Shown here one piece after another: positions 26,211 to 36,689 of a stretch of DNA of 62,027 nt (within the stretch, counting starts at the first letter, position 1; the number at the start of each line of letters is the position of its first letter). Below the pieces are notes generated by a model that searched no databases, was not told where the DNA came from, and saw nothing but the letters and a program-made list of their open reading frames with translations. Made by a program: the position numbers and the translations under genes. The stretch lies in NCBI GenBank assembly GCA_039962885.1, contig JBDVGI010000022.1, forward strand, positions 1 to 62,027, written 5' to 3'. This DNA comes from Litorimonas sp. Its GTDB lineage: Bacteria > Pseudomonadota > Alphaproteobacteria > Caulobacterales > Maricaulaceae.

Positions 26211-26858
26211 ATGACCCATGTTTTTAAATCCCGCACTGTAAGCTTTATGATCTCAGCGATACCCTTAGCTTTAGGAACTATGCTTTTATCTGCATCACCA
26301 AGCTTTGCCAAAATTGACACAGGCGCGAATGTGTCTGACATGGTTGTGAAAACGGCCAGTGGTGATGTGCATAACCTATCCGATTTTGCGGGCAAACGGG
26401 TTGTCCTTGAATGGACTAACCACGGCTGCCCCTATGTGCAAAAACACTATACCACAAATAATATGCAGAACTTGCAGAAACTGGCTACCGCTGATGATGA
26501 CACGGTTTGGCTCTCTATTATTTCTAGCGCAGAAGGTCAGCAAGGCCATTTGACTGGCCCCGAAGCTGTACTCAAAAACATAAAACGCGGCGCAGAGCCA
26601 AGCGCTGTTATCCTTGATCCCAAAGGAAATATGGGCCGGGCCTTTGAGGCAAAAACAACACCGCATATGTACATCATCGACGCAGAACAAACTCTTGTTT
26701 ATCAAGGGGCTATTGATGATAATCGTTCAGCGAATCCCAAAACTGTTGCAGGTGCGAAAAATTACGTCACGGCGGCTTTGTCTGATCTAGATGCTGGCCG
26801 TGCCGTGCAAGAGCCGACAACAAGCCCTTATGGCTGTAGCGTGAAATATAAGGGCTAG
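26211..26858 (+). CDS. Periplasmic thioredoxin-like/redoxin protein
   Basis: VVLEWTNHGCPYV, TTPHMYI, YQGAIDD, PYGCSVKY. Confidence 0.88.
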   Translation: MTHVFKSRTVSFMISAIPLALGTMLLSASPSFAKIDTGANVSDMVVKTASGDVHNLSDFAGKRVVLEWTNHGCPYVQKHYTTNNMQNLQKLATADDDTVWLSIISSAEGQQGHLTGPEAVLKNIKRGAEPSAVILDPKGNMGRAFEAKTTPHMYIIDAEQTLVYQGAIDDNRSANPKTVAGAKNYVTAALSDLDAGRAVQEPTTSPYGCSVKYKG

Positions 26859-26871
26859 TTAAATGTGAGGT

Positions 26872-27123
26872 TTATTCGGCTGCGCGCTTAAGCTCGTTGC
26901 CGGTTTCTATCTCGCCTGTATCAGATGCATAAACCAAAATATCTGCAGGCTGGCAATCAAGTTCACGGCATAGAGCATCGAGCGTCGAAAACCGAATAGC
27001 TCGGGCTTTGCCTGTTTTCAAAATAGACAAATTAGCAAGCGTAATTCCAACCCTTTCGGCCAATTGTGTCAGGGACATTTTACGATCGAGTAAGACCCTG
27101 TCCAAATTCACTTTGATAGCCAT
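26872..27123 (-). CDS. YozG/HTH_26-type XRE regulator
   Basis: VGITLANLSILKTGKARAIRFSTL..LC..LDCQPADIL. Confidence 0.92.
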   Translation of the reverse strand: MAIKVNLDRVLLDRKMSLTQLAERVGITLANLSILKTGKARAIRFSTLDALCRELDCQPADILVYASDTGEIETGNELKRAAE

Positions 27124-27659
27124 TAGATTGTCAATTCCTGATCGCGGCGCATTTCAGCACCATATCGAAATGCCTCGGATAATATCGCGAATATAAAGAC
27201 TAAAAACCATGTCTCGAATTTAAATGAAATCGTCATGTCCGTGTTTGTGTGCAATGGAAATGCCAAATTAAAGATTATGCGCAGAATTTCTACGGCTGCA
27301 ATCATTACCCACATACGCCGCAACCGCGAAATATTATCATGAATAAAAGGATCTCCCTTTATGATGGTAACAACAATCTTTCGCAGAATATTTAAAACAT
27401 AAAACCAAACAATAGCTACAAGGCTCGCCATGAAAAACCCAATGGTTATACGGCTTGTTGTTTCGCTCCAATTAGATCCTTCAAGACCGCTCATCAGAGA
27501 GTCTCGTAATCCGTTTGGAAATGCCATGATAAAGGCGCCAAATAATGTTCCAATTACGGCTAAGCCTAACAGGGCTTGCACACCATAAAGCCCGTATAAT
27601 AAATAGCGCATGGAAGAATTCGCGCGGGGCTGGTTTATGTCAGATATTGTCTGTGTCAC
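27123..27659 (-). CDS. DUF2975 membrane protein
   Basis: GDPF...NISRLR and LSEAFRYG.EMR.DQELTI. Coupled to the XRE gene. Start placed at GTG 27659. Confidence 0.85.
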   Translation of the reverse strand: MTQTISDINQPRANSSMRYLLYGLYGVQALLGLAVIGTLFGAFIMAFPNGLRDSLMSGLEGSNWSETTSRITIGFFMASLVAIVWFYVLNILRKIVVTIIKGDPFIHDNISRLRRMWVMIAAVEILRIIFNLAFPLHTNTDMTISFKFETWFLVFIFAILSEAFRYGAEMRRDQELTI

Positions 27660-27661
27660 GA

Positions 27662-27681
27662 TATTATTGATAATCAATAAT
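27662..27681. promoter_or_regulatory. Palindromic operator (A)TTATTGAT-A-ATCAATAA(T) upstream of the DUF2975-XRE pair
   Basis: Perfect inverted repeat directly before the start codon. Confidence 0.55.
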
Positions 27682-27783
27682 TATTTGAATTACAAGTTTT
27701 AAAATATAGCCTTATTCTCATAGTTTTTCTCTAGGCGTTGTTTTTATTTTTGACTGACTCCTAGTAGATGTCTATGCCGCCTT

Positions 27784-28422
27784 ATGGATAAAATCATGAA
27801 ATCTTCTCATTTAACGAAAATCGTTATCGCGTCTCACAATAAAGGCAAATTACGAGAAATAGATGATCTACTGTGCCCTTACGGCATTGAAACGGTGAGC
27901 GCTGGCGACCTTGGTTTACCAGAGCCAGAGGAAACGGAAACAACATTTGCAGGCAATGCACGGCTTAAAGCGCTAGTCTCTGCTAAAGCGAGCGGCTTGC
28001 CTGCTTTATCCGATGATAGCGGCCTTGCTGTAGATGCTCTTGGGGGGGAGCCTGGGATTTACGCGGCGCGCTGGGCCGAGAAACCTAGCCGCGAAGGCGG
28101 CGGACGGGACTTTGATATGGCGATGTGGCATGTGAATGACCGTCTCAAAGATAGTGCTAATCGCCGCGCTCGTTTTATTTGTGCATTATGTCTGGCGTTT
28201 CCTGATGGCCAAACAGAGGTGTTTGAGGGCCGCGTTGAAGGCGAGATTATTTGGCCGCCGCGCGGTGATAAAGGGTTTGGTTATGACCCAATTTTTCAAG
28301 CCTTAGGGGATGATTTGACATTCGCTGAAATCCCACCACAAGAGAAGCATGCAAAAAGTCACCGCGCCGATGCCTTTACAAAATTCTTACAATCAGAGCA
28401 TTTCATCCATAATGCCGAGTGA
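27784..28422 (+). CDS. rdgB: dITP/XTP pyrophosphatase
   Basis: [24 protein letters not shown]. Confidence 0.95.
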   Translation: MDKIMKSSHLTKIVIASHNKGKLREIDDLLCPYGIETVSAGDLGLPEPEETETTFAGNARLKALVSAKASGLPALSDDSGLAVDALGGEPGIYAARWAEKPSREGGGRDFDMAMWHVNDRLKDSANRRARFICALCLAFPDGQTEVFEGRVEGEIIWPPRGDKGFGYDPIFQALGDDLTFAEIPPQEKHAKSHRADAFTKFLQSEHFIHNAE

Positions 28423-29563
28423 TAATATTGAGGATTTAGCGGTCTATATTCATTGGCCCTATTGCACACGAATTTGTCCTTATTGCGATTTCAATGTTTA
28501 CAAAGATCGTCAAGATAATGATTTACACCGCGCTATTTGCGCTGACCTTTTGCACTGGCGGCAATGGAGCGGGCCAAGGCGTGTAAGGTCTATTCACTTT
28601 GGCGGGGGGACGCCGTCTTTACTCTCGGGTCCGCAAATAAGCTTGTTTGTAAAACACGTCAGCAGCCTTTGGCAGTTAGCAGATAATTGCGAGGTCGCAT
28701 TAGAGGCCAACCCCAATGATGCCAATGAAGCGCAGTGGCGCGCTTACAACCTCGCAGGGGTTAACCGTGTGTCTTTGGGGGTTCAAACATTTCAAGATAA
28801 GGGTTTAAAATTACTGGGCCGCGACCATGACAGCGCGCAGGCCAAGGCTGCGCTGCGTTTGGCAAAAGATATATTCCCGAAGGTTTCTGCGGATTTAATT
28901 TATGGTTGGGCAGGGCAAGATGAGTTTATGTTGCGTCAAGATTTAGAGGCATTACTGGCCTATGATATAGGCCATATTTCCGCCTATCAGTTGACGATTG
29001 AAGATGGGACATCTTTTGCAAACGCCCAGTCGCGCGGCGATATTAAATCAGTTGATGCGGACATTAGCGCAGATTTTTATGACCTTGTACGCGGCACGCT
29101 TAAGGGGGCTGGATTTTCTCATTATGAAGTCTCGAATTTTACCAAAGAGGGCGGCGCCTCACAACATAATCTCGCCTATTGGCAAGGCCGTGATTATGTT
29201 GGCGTAGGCCCCGGCGCACACGGACGTATGACGTTAGATGCAGATAGATATGCATCGATAGCAGCATTAAAGCCTGCCGATTACATAACCCGCATTGAAA
29301 CGGAAAAAATGGGTATAGAGAGCGAGACAATCTTAACACCGCAAGCGTGGGGTGAGGAATATGTCATTATGGGTTTACGCATCAAAGACGGTATCTCCAT
29401 GTCCAGATATGAAGATATAACAGGCAAAGCCTTACCGCAAAATGTCATAAATATATTGATAGGCGATGGGATGTTAATACAAGATAATGGACGCCTAATG
29501 GCTAGCGCTCAAGGGCGGCTGGTTCTCAATAAAATCACGGAGATGCTCCTCATCTCTGATTGA
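28412..29563 (+). CDS. hemW: Radical SAM heme chaperone HemW
   Basis: [38 protein letters not shown]. Follows rdgB. Confidence 0.9.
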   Translation: MPSDNIEDLAVYIHWPYCTRICPYCDFNVYKDRQDNDLHRAICADLLHWRQWSGPRRVRSIHFGGGTPSLLSGPQISLFVKHVSSLWQLADNCEVALEANPNDANEAQWRAYNLAGVNRVSLGVQTFQDKGLKLLGRDHDSAQAKAALRLAKDIFPKVSADLIYGWAGQDEFMLRQDLEALLAYDIGHISAYQLTIEDGTSFANAQSRGDIKSVDADISADFYDLVRGTLKGAGFSHYEVSNFTKEGGASQHNLAYWQGRDYVGVGPGAHGRMTLDADRYASIAALKPADYITRIETEKMGIESETILTPQAWGEEYVIMGLRIKDGISMSRYEDITGKALPQNVINILIGDGMLIQDNGRLMASAQGRLVLNKITEMLLISD

Positions 29564-29576
29564 TTAAGTCCCCGCT

Positions 29577-31022
29577 TTAGCTATCTCCTAACCCTTCGCC
29601 TTTTGTGCGCGGCGCAGGGTCAATGACTGTGAACTCACCATAATTGATTTTATAAACAGCTAACCCGCGATTAGGGCGGCCATCTCGCCCAAAGCTGACA
29701 AGGCCGTCAACACCATAAAATCCAGCAGGATCTTCGGCACGAACTCGGCGAGTTTTAGGGTCGCCATCGGCAATATAGGCCCCTAACGTCACAGCATCAT
29801 AGGCGAGCGTGGCAAGGCTTGATGGGTTTTCGCCATATGTGCGGTCATAATTATCCATGAAGGGTTGCTGTGCGTCTTTGTCAGGGCCAGCAAATATGCC
29901 GCGGTTCAAAGCGGGTTCGCGGGCTGTATCGCTATTGTTCCATCGACCTGTTCCCATAAATTGCACATCAGCAGGATCAACTTCGTAATACGGAAACAAC
30001 GGAGCAAGAGAGCGCAGAGCATTGCCGCCTTCAGGTAATAATATCGCTTCATAAGATAGCGGCGTAATGCCCCCATTAGCTTTCGCTATTTTCTCGCCCG
30101 TGGCATGAAAAGCTGCCAGACGTTGTGCGGGTTCTTGCATGACGGATATATCGTTGCCTTTATAGCTCTCGCGGGCCGTAATTTCCCCGCCAACGCGGCG
30201 CACGGCTTGTTCATAGGCTTTATTCACACGGCGGCCATAGGTGCTATCTGGGCCCATAACGGCAAAGCGTGTTGTGCCTGTGCTCGCCACATATTCGACG
30301 ATGCGATTGACTTCGGCTTCTGGCGGAAAAGATAATAAATAGGTTCCATTCCCTGCAACGGATTGATCATTGGAAAAGGCCAATAAAGGCGTTCCAGATG
30401 AGGCGGCTATACGGGCTGCGGCTTTGACATTATCAGCGATGATTGGCCCTAATATTATATCCGCGCCAGAGTCTAAGGCGGTTTGTGTGGCCGAACGGGT
30501 TCCGTTCGTCGTACCTTTTGTATCAAGGGCAATTAGCAACACATCAGCATCCTCGCGTTCGAAAATCGCAAGTTCTGCGGCGCGTAGCATAGAGGCAGCT
30601 TGGGCTTTAAGTCCGCTTGAGCGCGCTGAAAATGGAAGTAAAAGCGCGAGGCGCTTGGTGTCGCGGCCTGTCATGTGAGGCGGAGTTAGGCCGCCGCGAT
30701 TATTGAAATATGCGCCAGTTTGAGCGCGCTGCGCAGCAAGTTCGGTCTCTTCTTGTTCACGCTGCCTTTGTTCAGCGCGTCTTTGCGCAGCGGCTTCGGC
30801 GCGGCGACGTTCTGCGCGGGCTTGGCGCTCTTGTTCGGCGGTTGTAGGCTGGGCGGGGGCAGTATCAGGAACGGGCGCGCGCTGCACAACGGGCGCGGGG
30901 GTTTGGTTTGGTAACGGAGTTGTTGTTGCGCAGGCGGTTAATGCAGCTATACTGCTCGCGATGAAGACGTTTTTAAAAAAGCGTCTATAAATATTATAGT
31001 CAAAGCCGCCAAATTTGGGCAT
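29577..31022 (-). CDS. Penicillin-binding protein activator (LpoA/LppC-like) lipoprotein
   Basis: Lipobox LTAC, ALLLP, ILGP, LAYDA, F.GVDG...F...G...RGLAV. Divergent from rsmI-yraN. Confidence 0.8.
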   Translation of the reverse strand: MPKFGGFDYNIYRRFFKNVFIASSIAALTACATTTPLPNQTPAPVVQRAPVPDTAPAQPTTAEQERQARAERRRAEAAAQRRAEQRQREQEETELAAQRAQTGAYFNNRGGLTPPHMTGRDTKRLALLLPFSARSSGLKAQAASMLRAAELAIFEREDADVLLIALDTKGTTNGTRSATQTALDSGADIILGPIIADNVKAAARIAASSGTPLLAFSNDQSVAGNGTYLLSFPPEAEVNRIVEYVASTGTTRFAVMGPDSTYGRRVNKAYEQAVRRVGGEITARESYKGNDISVMQEPAQRLAAFHATGEKIAKANGGITPLSYEAILLPEGGNALRSLAPLFPYYEVDPADVQFMGTGRWNNSDTAREPALNRGIFAGPDKDAQQPFMDNYDRTYGENPSSLATLAYDAVTLGAYIADGDPKTRRVRAEDPAGFYGVDGLVSFGRDGRPNRGLAVYKINYGEFTVIDPAPRTKGEGLGDS

Positions 31023-31065
31023 AGCTATTATTCCTTAATTACGCAAATGTGTCAGGATATGCGAT

Positions 31066-31956
31066 TTGTCTCACCCTAGTTCTATAAGCGGCTCTGTTCA
31101 TCCGCAATACCTAACAGGTGAATTTACGGACAGAATTCCCCCTGCATTATACATCGTGGCCACGCCAATTGGTAATTTACGCGATATTACCTTGCGAGCT
31201 TTAGATGTCTTATCGAGTGCCGACCATATCCTCGCCGAAGATACGCGCGTATCAGCAAAGTTGCTTAATGCTTATAATATTAAAGCCAAGTTAAGCGCCT
31301 ATCATGACCATAATGTGGCGACGCGGATCCCTGAAGCGTTAAAAGAGCTAAAAGCAGGGAAAACTTTAGCCTTAATCAGCGATGCTGGCACGCCGTTAGT
31401 GTCTGACCCAGGTTTTAAACTTGTTCGTGCCGCCATAGAGGCAGGTATTGAAGTTATACCCTTGCCTGGTGCCTCGGCAGTTTTGGCTGGTTTGGTGAAG
31501 TCGGGCCTTCCATCTGATCGTTTTTTATTTGCAGGGTTTTTACCGCCCAAATCTGCGGCGCGGAAAACGGCTTTGCAGGAAATTATAAATCTGCGGGCGA
31601 CCTTAGTTTTTTTTGAGACAGGCAAACGGATAAAATCCGCGCTGACGGACATTCAAACTGTTTTAGGGTCACGTCAAATTGTTATCGCGCGCGAGCTAAC
31701 CAAACATTATGAGGAGGCCCGTCACGGTACAATTGCGCAAATGATGACGTCCGTAGAAGATGACCCGCCGCGCGGTGAGATTGTCTTACTTATCGGCCCC
31801 CCAGAAACAGATCGGCATTGGGACGAGGCGCAAATCATGACCGCCCTTCAAGATGCTGTTGCCGAGCAAGGCGTGAAACGCGCGAGCGCAGATATTGCGC
31901 AAATGTCAGGCTGGCCTAAACGCGATGTTTATCAACTGGCTTTGAAAATCAAATGA
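31066..31956 (+). CDS. rsmI: 16S rRNA C1402 2'-O-methyltransferase
   Basis: LYIVATPIGNLRDITLRA, AEDTR, SDAGTPLVSDPG, RELTK. Confidence 0.95.
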   Translation: MSHPSSISGSVHPQYLTGEFTDRIPPALYIVATPIGNLRDITLRALDVLSSADHILAEDTRVSAKLLNAYNIKAKLSAYHDHNVATRIPEALKELKAGKTLALISDAGTPLVSDPGFKLVRAAIEAGIEVIPLPGASAVLAGLVKSGLPSDRFLFAGFLPPKSAARKTALQEIINLRATLVFFETGKRIKSALTDIQTVLGSRQIVIARELTKHYEEARHGTIAQMMTSVEDDPPRGEIVLLIGPPETDRHWDEAQIMTALQDAVAEQGVKRASADIAQMSGWPKRDVYQLALKIK

Positions 31957-32324
31957 GCAAAGAGCTTCGCCGAAAATTTGAAAGCGAAGGGCGCCGCGCG
32001 GAGTCTTATGCGGCCAGTTGGTTGCGATTTCGCGGGTATAAAATTTTAGAACGGCGCTATAAAACGCGCGAAGGCGAAATCGACCTTATAGCCCGTAAAG
32101 GCGGGGTTTTAGCGTGTATTGAAGTCAAACAACGCAGCCAAGAGGCAGATGCTCAAGAGGCTGTTGGTTACCGCGCAGAGCAGCGTATTATGAATACGGC
32201 TGAAATCTATGTGAATAGCACTCCAGACTTATTGAATGAAGACTTTGAATTGCGCTTTGATATTTTATACGTGATTGGGCGTTGGCGCGTCCGCCATATT
32301 CCCGACGCATTTCGCAATTATTAG
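31953..32324 (+). CDS. yraN: YraN family protein
   Basis: GRRAE, GEIDLIA, EVKQR, RFD, HIPDAF. Confidence 0.92.
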   Translation: MSKELRRKFESEGRRAESYAASWLRFRGYKILERRYKTREGEIDLIARKGGVLACIEVKQRSQEADAQEAVGYRAEQRIMNTAEIYVNSTPDLLNEDFELRFDILYVIGRWRVRHIPDAFRNY

Positions 32325-32380
32325 GGCGGAATGAAGGATTTAGTAACGATTGATTTACCATGTTTGCGTAGGTTCTAGCT

Positions 32381-33364
32381 ATGAAACATGCATTCAAAAT
32401 TTTTACAGCTCTTCTTTTATCGACCTCTTTGTCAGGCTGCGCTCTGACGTCAGCGGGTGTTAAGAAGGGTGATGAGCGTAATTTTGCACGTTCCCTCAAT
32501 GATGTGTCCTCTGGCCGTGTGATTAAAGCGCGGATGACGCGCGCCCATGACTTTAACCTAAAAGGCATTGATGTGGAGGTGGCTCAAGGTGTCGCGCTTT
32601 TGTCAGGAAATGCTCCGACACAACAAGACCGTATTGAAGCTGCCCGTATCGCGTGGTCAGCTCCGAAAATCGACCAAGTTGGCAATGAAATTAAAATCAA
32701 TGGCAAGCAAGGTTTTGTAAGAAACACCAAAGATGGTTTGTTAGAAAAATCAGTACGCACACGTTTGACCGTTGATAAATATGTTAAGGCTCGTAATTTT
32801 AACGTCGAGACACATGATGGCATTGTTTACCTTTTAGGTGTTGCGCGAACGCAAAGTGAACTTGAACGTGCCGCGCGGATTGCTTCGACAACGAGCGGAG
32901 CGCTTGAAGTTGTCTCTTATGTACGGGTTGCTAATTTACCTGCCGCGCAAGGCGCGCCAACACAGCAGCTTAGCCAACAATCAGCTCAACGTGACCTACC
33001 TAACTTTGTCACACCCGCGCCAAGTGGATTACAACCTTCAGCGCCTATCACATCATTGCCGTTATCTTCGCCAATCCCGTTTAATGCGCCTACATCGCAA
33101 TTAGGCGGACTTACGGCGCAAGCGTCGGGTTTGGGTGTTTCAGGCTTGTCTGGCCCAACGGCGCCGCCGCAAATTGATATTGGCAACCGCCTAGGCAAAG
33201 AATTACCGAGCGATGCAGAGCTTGGAGCCTTTAGAACAGGCGCTGCAGGCGAAGCTATCTCGGTCATAGAAAGCCCGCCATATTACATTGACCCTGATAC
33301 GGGCGCAGAAATTCCTGTACGTTTTGATGCCCAAGGGAACGTGATTCCACGTTTGATCAAGTAA
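32381..33364 (+). CDS. Dual BON-domain lipoprotein (DolP/YraP-like) with long C-terminal tail
   Basis: Lipobox LSGC, two BON domains (VEVAQGVALLSG; VETHDGIVYLLG), yraN synteny. Confidence 0.85.
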   Translation: MKHAFKIFTALLLSTSLSGCALTSAGVKKGDERNFARSLNDVSSGRVIKARMTRAHDFNLKGIDVEVAQGVALLSGNAPTQQDRIEAARIAWSAPKIDQVGNEIKINGKQGFVRNTKDGLLEKSVRTRLTVDKYVKARNFNVETHDGIVYLLGVARTQSELERAARIASTTSGALEVVSYVRVANLPAAQGAPTQQLSQQSAQRDLPNFVTPAPSGLQPSAPITSLPLSSPIPFNAPTSQLGGLTAQASGLGVSGLSGPTAPPQIDIGNRLGKELPSDAELGAFRTGAAGEAISVIESPPYYIDPDTGAEIPVRFDAQGNVIPRLIK

Positions 33365-33385
33365 ATTTTAGTCTTACATTTGCGC

Positions 33386-33724
33386 TTATAGCCAAATGTT
33401 TTGCGTCTCTTTCGTCCAGCCTAGCGTGATTTGATCACCTTTTATAATGACTGGTCGCTTCATGAGCGTTGGGTGTTCGGATATTAAGGCAAGGGCTTTG
33501 CTTGCGTCGATATTTTGTTTTTGCGAAGCGTCTAAACCTCGCCATGTTGTACTGCGTGTATTGAGTAATTTCTCATAGCCTACCGCTTGTTCTATTTTGG
33601 CGAGCTGGGCTGCGGGAACGCCGTCTGATCGCACATCAATCAACTCAAGTTCATGTCCTGAATTTCTGAGGGCCTTAATAGCTTTGCGGCAGGTATCGCA
33701 AGTTTTGAGGTGGTAGATTTTCAT
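33386..33724 (-). CDS. ArsC/Spx (YffB-like) family protein
   Basis: CDTCRKA, LLNTRSTTWR, PTLMKRPV. Confidence 0.9.
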   Translation of the reverse strand: MKIYHLKTCDTCRKAIKALRNSGHELELIDVRSDGVPAAQLAKIEQAVGYEKLLNTRSTTWRGLDASQKQNIDASKALALISEHPTLMKRPVIIKGDQITLGWTKETQNIWL

Positions 33725-34551
33725 GATATATGGCGGTCTATAAAGTCACTCATTAGGGCGTATATTTTCACGCGGTGAATGTCATTATGCAGCTCATGCG
33801 CGCTATTATCAAAGCTATGAAATTCAACATTATTAGCCGTTTGCGCAAAGGCTTCGCTTGCAGAAAAATCCGTTAGAACATCATCGCGGCTATGAATGAG
33901 CAATAGCGGCGCGTTCCATTGCGCCGCGCGAGCGGCAATGTCATCTCCCGTTTTGACCATGCCGAGGGCAGTTCCAAAACCGCATTGACCATGATTAAAT
34001 TCGTCTTCTAAATATAGGGATTGCTCTATTTTGAGAGTTGATATTTTTGTTCCATCAATGGGCTGCTTGATTGCGCCTTTGGGGCGAAAAAACCTCAAGA
34101 GTTTAACAATCGGCGTTAAGATGGAGGGCGGTGGTTGGGCTAACTTTATCAAAGGAGCCGAGGCTATGATGGCGTTAATATCCTCATCTTTGGCAAAACC
34201 GTAATCCATAACAACGCCTCCGCCCATGGAATGTCCGTATAAAATATGCGGTAAGTTCGGGTATAGTGAACGGGTCTTGGCAAGTAAGGCCTCTATGTCT
34301 GCGCGAAAGTCATCGTATTTTTTTACAACTCCGCGCGGCCCATCACTACGGCCATGCCCGCGAAGGTCAATTGCAATAACAGCAATTCCATTGGCATTTA
34401 AGTTCGCTGCCATATGGGCGTAACGTCCACTATGTTCCCCAAAACCGTGAACAAGGGACATGACGGCGCGCGGTGCTTTACATGGCCAGATATAGCCAAA
34501 TAACTTTGTATTATCTGAGCTACGGCAATTATATGTACTGCTATCATCCAT
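33721..34551 (-). CDS. Lysophospholipase/monoglyceride lipase-like hydrolase
   Basis: VHGFGEHSGRY, DLRGHGRS, GHSMGG, HELHND. Confidence 0.88.
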   Translation of the reverse strand: MDDSSTYNCRSSDNTKLFGYIWPCKAPRAVMSLVHGFGEHSGRYAHMAANLNANGIAVIAIDLRGHGRSDGPRGVVKKYDDFRADIEALLAKTRSLYPNLPHILYGHSMGGGVVMDYGFAKDEDINAIIASAPLIKLAQPPPSILTPIVKLLRFFRPKGAIKQPIDGTKISTLKIEQSLYLEDEFNHGQCGFGTALGMVKTGDDIAARAAQWNAPLLLIHSRDDVLTDFSASEAFAQTANNVEFHSFDNSAHELHNDIHRVKIYALMSDFIDRHIS

Positions 34552-34553
34552 GA

Positions 34554-35027
34554 TTATACACTGCTGCTTTTAAGCCTAGCGCGGGATTTAACTGCTGTGC
34601 CGTAGGCCATTAATTCCGCGCCGCTTATCTTGGGTTGTTGGCCAATGACAGAAAATTCAATACGAGCGTTGTAAATCTCTGTTGCACCAATTGATGCGGC
34701 GTGTTTTTGCATGCGGATAACGGCTTCGCGGCGCGCGCGTTCAACTAAGCTTTCATAACTGCCAAGTCGGCCGCCAATGAGCATTTTAATTGTCGCAATG
34801 ACGCGTTTAAAATAATCAATGGCAATCACGACATTTCCTGTGACCAATGTGCCGCCATCTTCTAAATCTGCCGCTAGAGAAGGCGGGACAGATTTCAGAT
34901 TATAAACTTTGATATGAGACAATGCCTCTTCATCGGCTTGCAAGCGTTTAAAATGGCGGCGTTCATTTAAGTTGCCAAAAACCATTCCTATGGACAATAG
35001 GATGATAAATATAATTATATTGCTCAT
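34554..35027 (-). CDS. YbjQ-like protein with N-terminal TM
   Basis: IGGRLGSYESLVERARREA..RM, AYGTAV. Confidence 0.85.
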   Translation of the reverse strand: MSNIIIFIILLSIGMVFGNLNERRHFKRLQADEEALSHIKVYNLKSVPPSLAADLEDGGTLVTGNVVIAIDYFKRVIATIKMLIGGRLGSYESLVERARREAVIRMQKHAASIGATEIYNARIEFSVIGQQPKISGAELMAYGTAVKSRARLKSSSV

Positions 35028-35028
35028 C

Positions 35029-35352
35029 TTAACTTACAATAACGGCGGTGCCGTAAACATATAGTTCTGAGGCTCCTGCTGTGATTGCGCTGGTCGAGAA
35101 GCGCACATTTACAACAGCATTTGCGCCTTTTTCGCGGGCCGCATCTATCATTCGGGAGGTCGCCTCGCGGCGTGCGTCTTCGAGAAGTTCAGTATATCCG
35201 CGCAACTCTCCGCCAACGATATTTTTTAGTCCCGCCATAATATCGCGGCCAACATGTTTGGCTCGAACGGTATTGCCTTGAACAAGACCTTTATAGGCCG
35301 TGATCTCTCTGCCCGGCACGGTTTCTAGGTTGGATAAAATGAAATCTGACAT
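35029..35352 (-). CDS. YbjQ family protein
   Basis: GRDIMAGLKNIVGGELRGYTELL..AR, GANAVVNVRF, YGTAV. Start at ATG 35352. Confidence 0.9.
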   Translation of the reverse strand: MSDFILSNLETVPGREITAYKGLVQGNTVRAKHVGRDIMAGLKNIVGGELRGYTELLEDARREATSRMIDAAREKGANAVVNVRFSTSAITAGASELYVYGTAVIVS

Positions 35353-35515
35353 ATGGCCCCTTATTTGATATGAATGCATCATAACAATCTTTCCATAAAT
35401 GATAAGCAAAAAATCGTGATAAAGCCTTCAGCGCCCTAAAGAGGCTTGCCCCGATGCGCTGGTTAGGCCACAAGCGCCTAAATCTAAAGGTGAAAACATC
35501 TAATAAGGCAAGCTG

Positions 35516-36475
35516 ATGACCCAAACTCCCTTACGTGTTGCGTTTCAAATGGACCCAATGGACGGCGTTGATATAGATGCTGATACTACATTTGCGCTGG
35601 CTGAAGTCGCTGCGCAACGCGGGATGAGCCTTTTTGAATATGGGCCGCAGCACTTATCTTATAATGAAGGGCGAGTGATGGCCCGTGCGCGCCCAATGAC
35701 AGTGCGCCGCGAACGGGGCAATCATGTGAGCTTTGAGCCGCGTAAATTAATTGATTTGGAAACAGATATTGATGTGGTTTGGATGCGCCAAGACCCGCCT
35801 TTTGATATGGCTTATATTACGGCGGCCCATATTTTAGAGCGCCTTTCCGGGAAAACTTTGGTCGTGAATGATCCGCAATGGGTGCGTTCATGTCCGGAAA
35901 AAATCCTACCGTTAGATTATCCAGAGCTGATGCCAGAAACATTAATCACGCGCGACAGTCTTGCGATTGATGCCTTTCGCGCCAAGCATAAAGATATTAT
36001 CCTCAAACCGCTCTTTGGGAATGGCGGGGCTGGCGTGTTTTTGGTCAAAGAAATGGATTCCAATTACAGCTCCCTTTTAGAAATGTTTTTTGAATCTAGC
36101 CGTGAGCCGATTATCGCCCAAGCCTTCCTTAAAGATGTCAGTAAAGGCGATAAACGCATTATCATTATTGACGGCGTTGCTGTCGGCGCGATTAACCGCG
36201 TACCACTCAAGGGCGAGACGCGATCTAACATGCATGTTGGCGGAGTGGCTGTGCCGACCGAGCTTAATACAGATGATTTACGCATTTGCGACGCCATTGG
36301 CCCCATGTTGAAATCCCGCGGACAGATTTTAGTGGGGATTGATGTGATTGGCGATAAAATGACAGAAATCAACATTACCTCACCAACAGGCGTTCAAGAA
36401 TTGAAGCGGTTTAGCGGCGTAGATGCGGCGGCGTTATCTTGGGACGCCATAAGCGCGCGGTTGTCCCAAAGCTAG
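35516..36475 (+). CDS. gshB: Glutathione synthetase
   Basis: FQMDP, MRQDPPFD, KPLFGNGG, GDKRI, RSNMHVGG, TEINITSPTG. Confidence 0.96.
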   Translation: MTQTPLRVAFQMDPMDGVDIDADTTFALAEVAAQRGMSLFEYGPQHLSYNEGRVMARARPMTVRRERGNHVSFEPRKLIDLETDIDVVWMRQDPPFDMAYITAAHILERLSGKTLVVNDPQWVRSCPEKILPLDYPELMPETLITRDSLAIDAFRAKHKDIILKPLFGNGGAGVFLVKEMDSNYSSLLEMFFESSREPIIAQAFLKDVSKGDKRIIIIDGVAVGAINRVPLKGETRSNMHVGGVAVPTELNTDDLRICDAIGPMLKSRGQILVGIDVIGDKMTEINITSPTGVQELKRFSGVDAAALSWDAISARLSQS

Positions 36476-36478
36476 ATA

Positions 36479-36505
36479 CAAAAAACCCCGCCATAAAGAC
36501 GGGGT
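36479..36505 (-). terminator. Terminator hairpin with U-tract on the minus strand
   Basis: Minus strand: accccgtc-tttat-ggcggggt-ttttt. Confidence 0.65.
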
Positions 36506-36689
36506 GAAGTTGTAAGGGACAATAAGAGAGAGAAATGACTTACTGTTATCCTCTATTAAGGAAATAAAGCTGTACGTAATATGAACTAACGGACTTAATG
36601 TCTTAAAAACAGTTAACTCTTTAGATGTTTAAGGTGTTCTCATATTTGCATAAATGACGCTTGCTAAGTCTATTTGTATTGTTTTCAGC

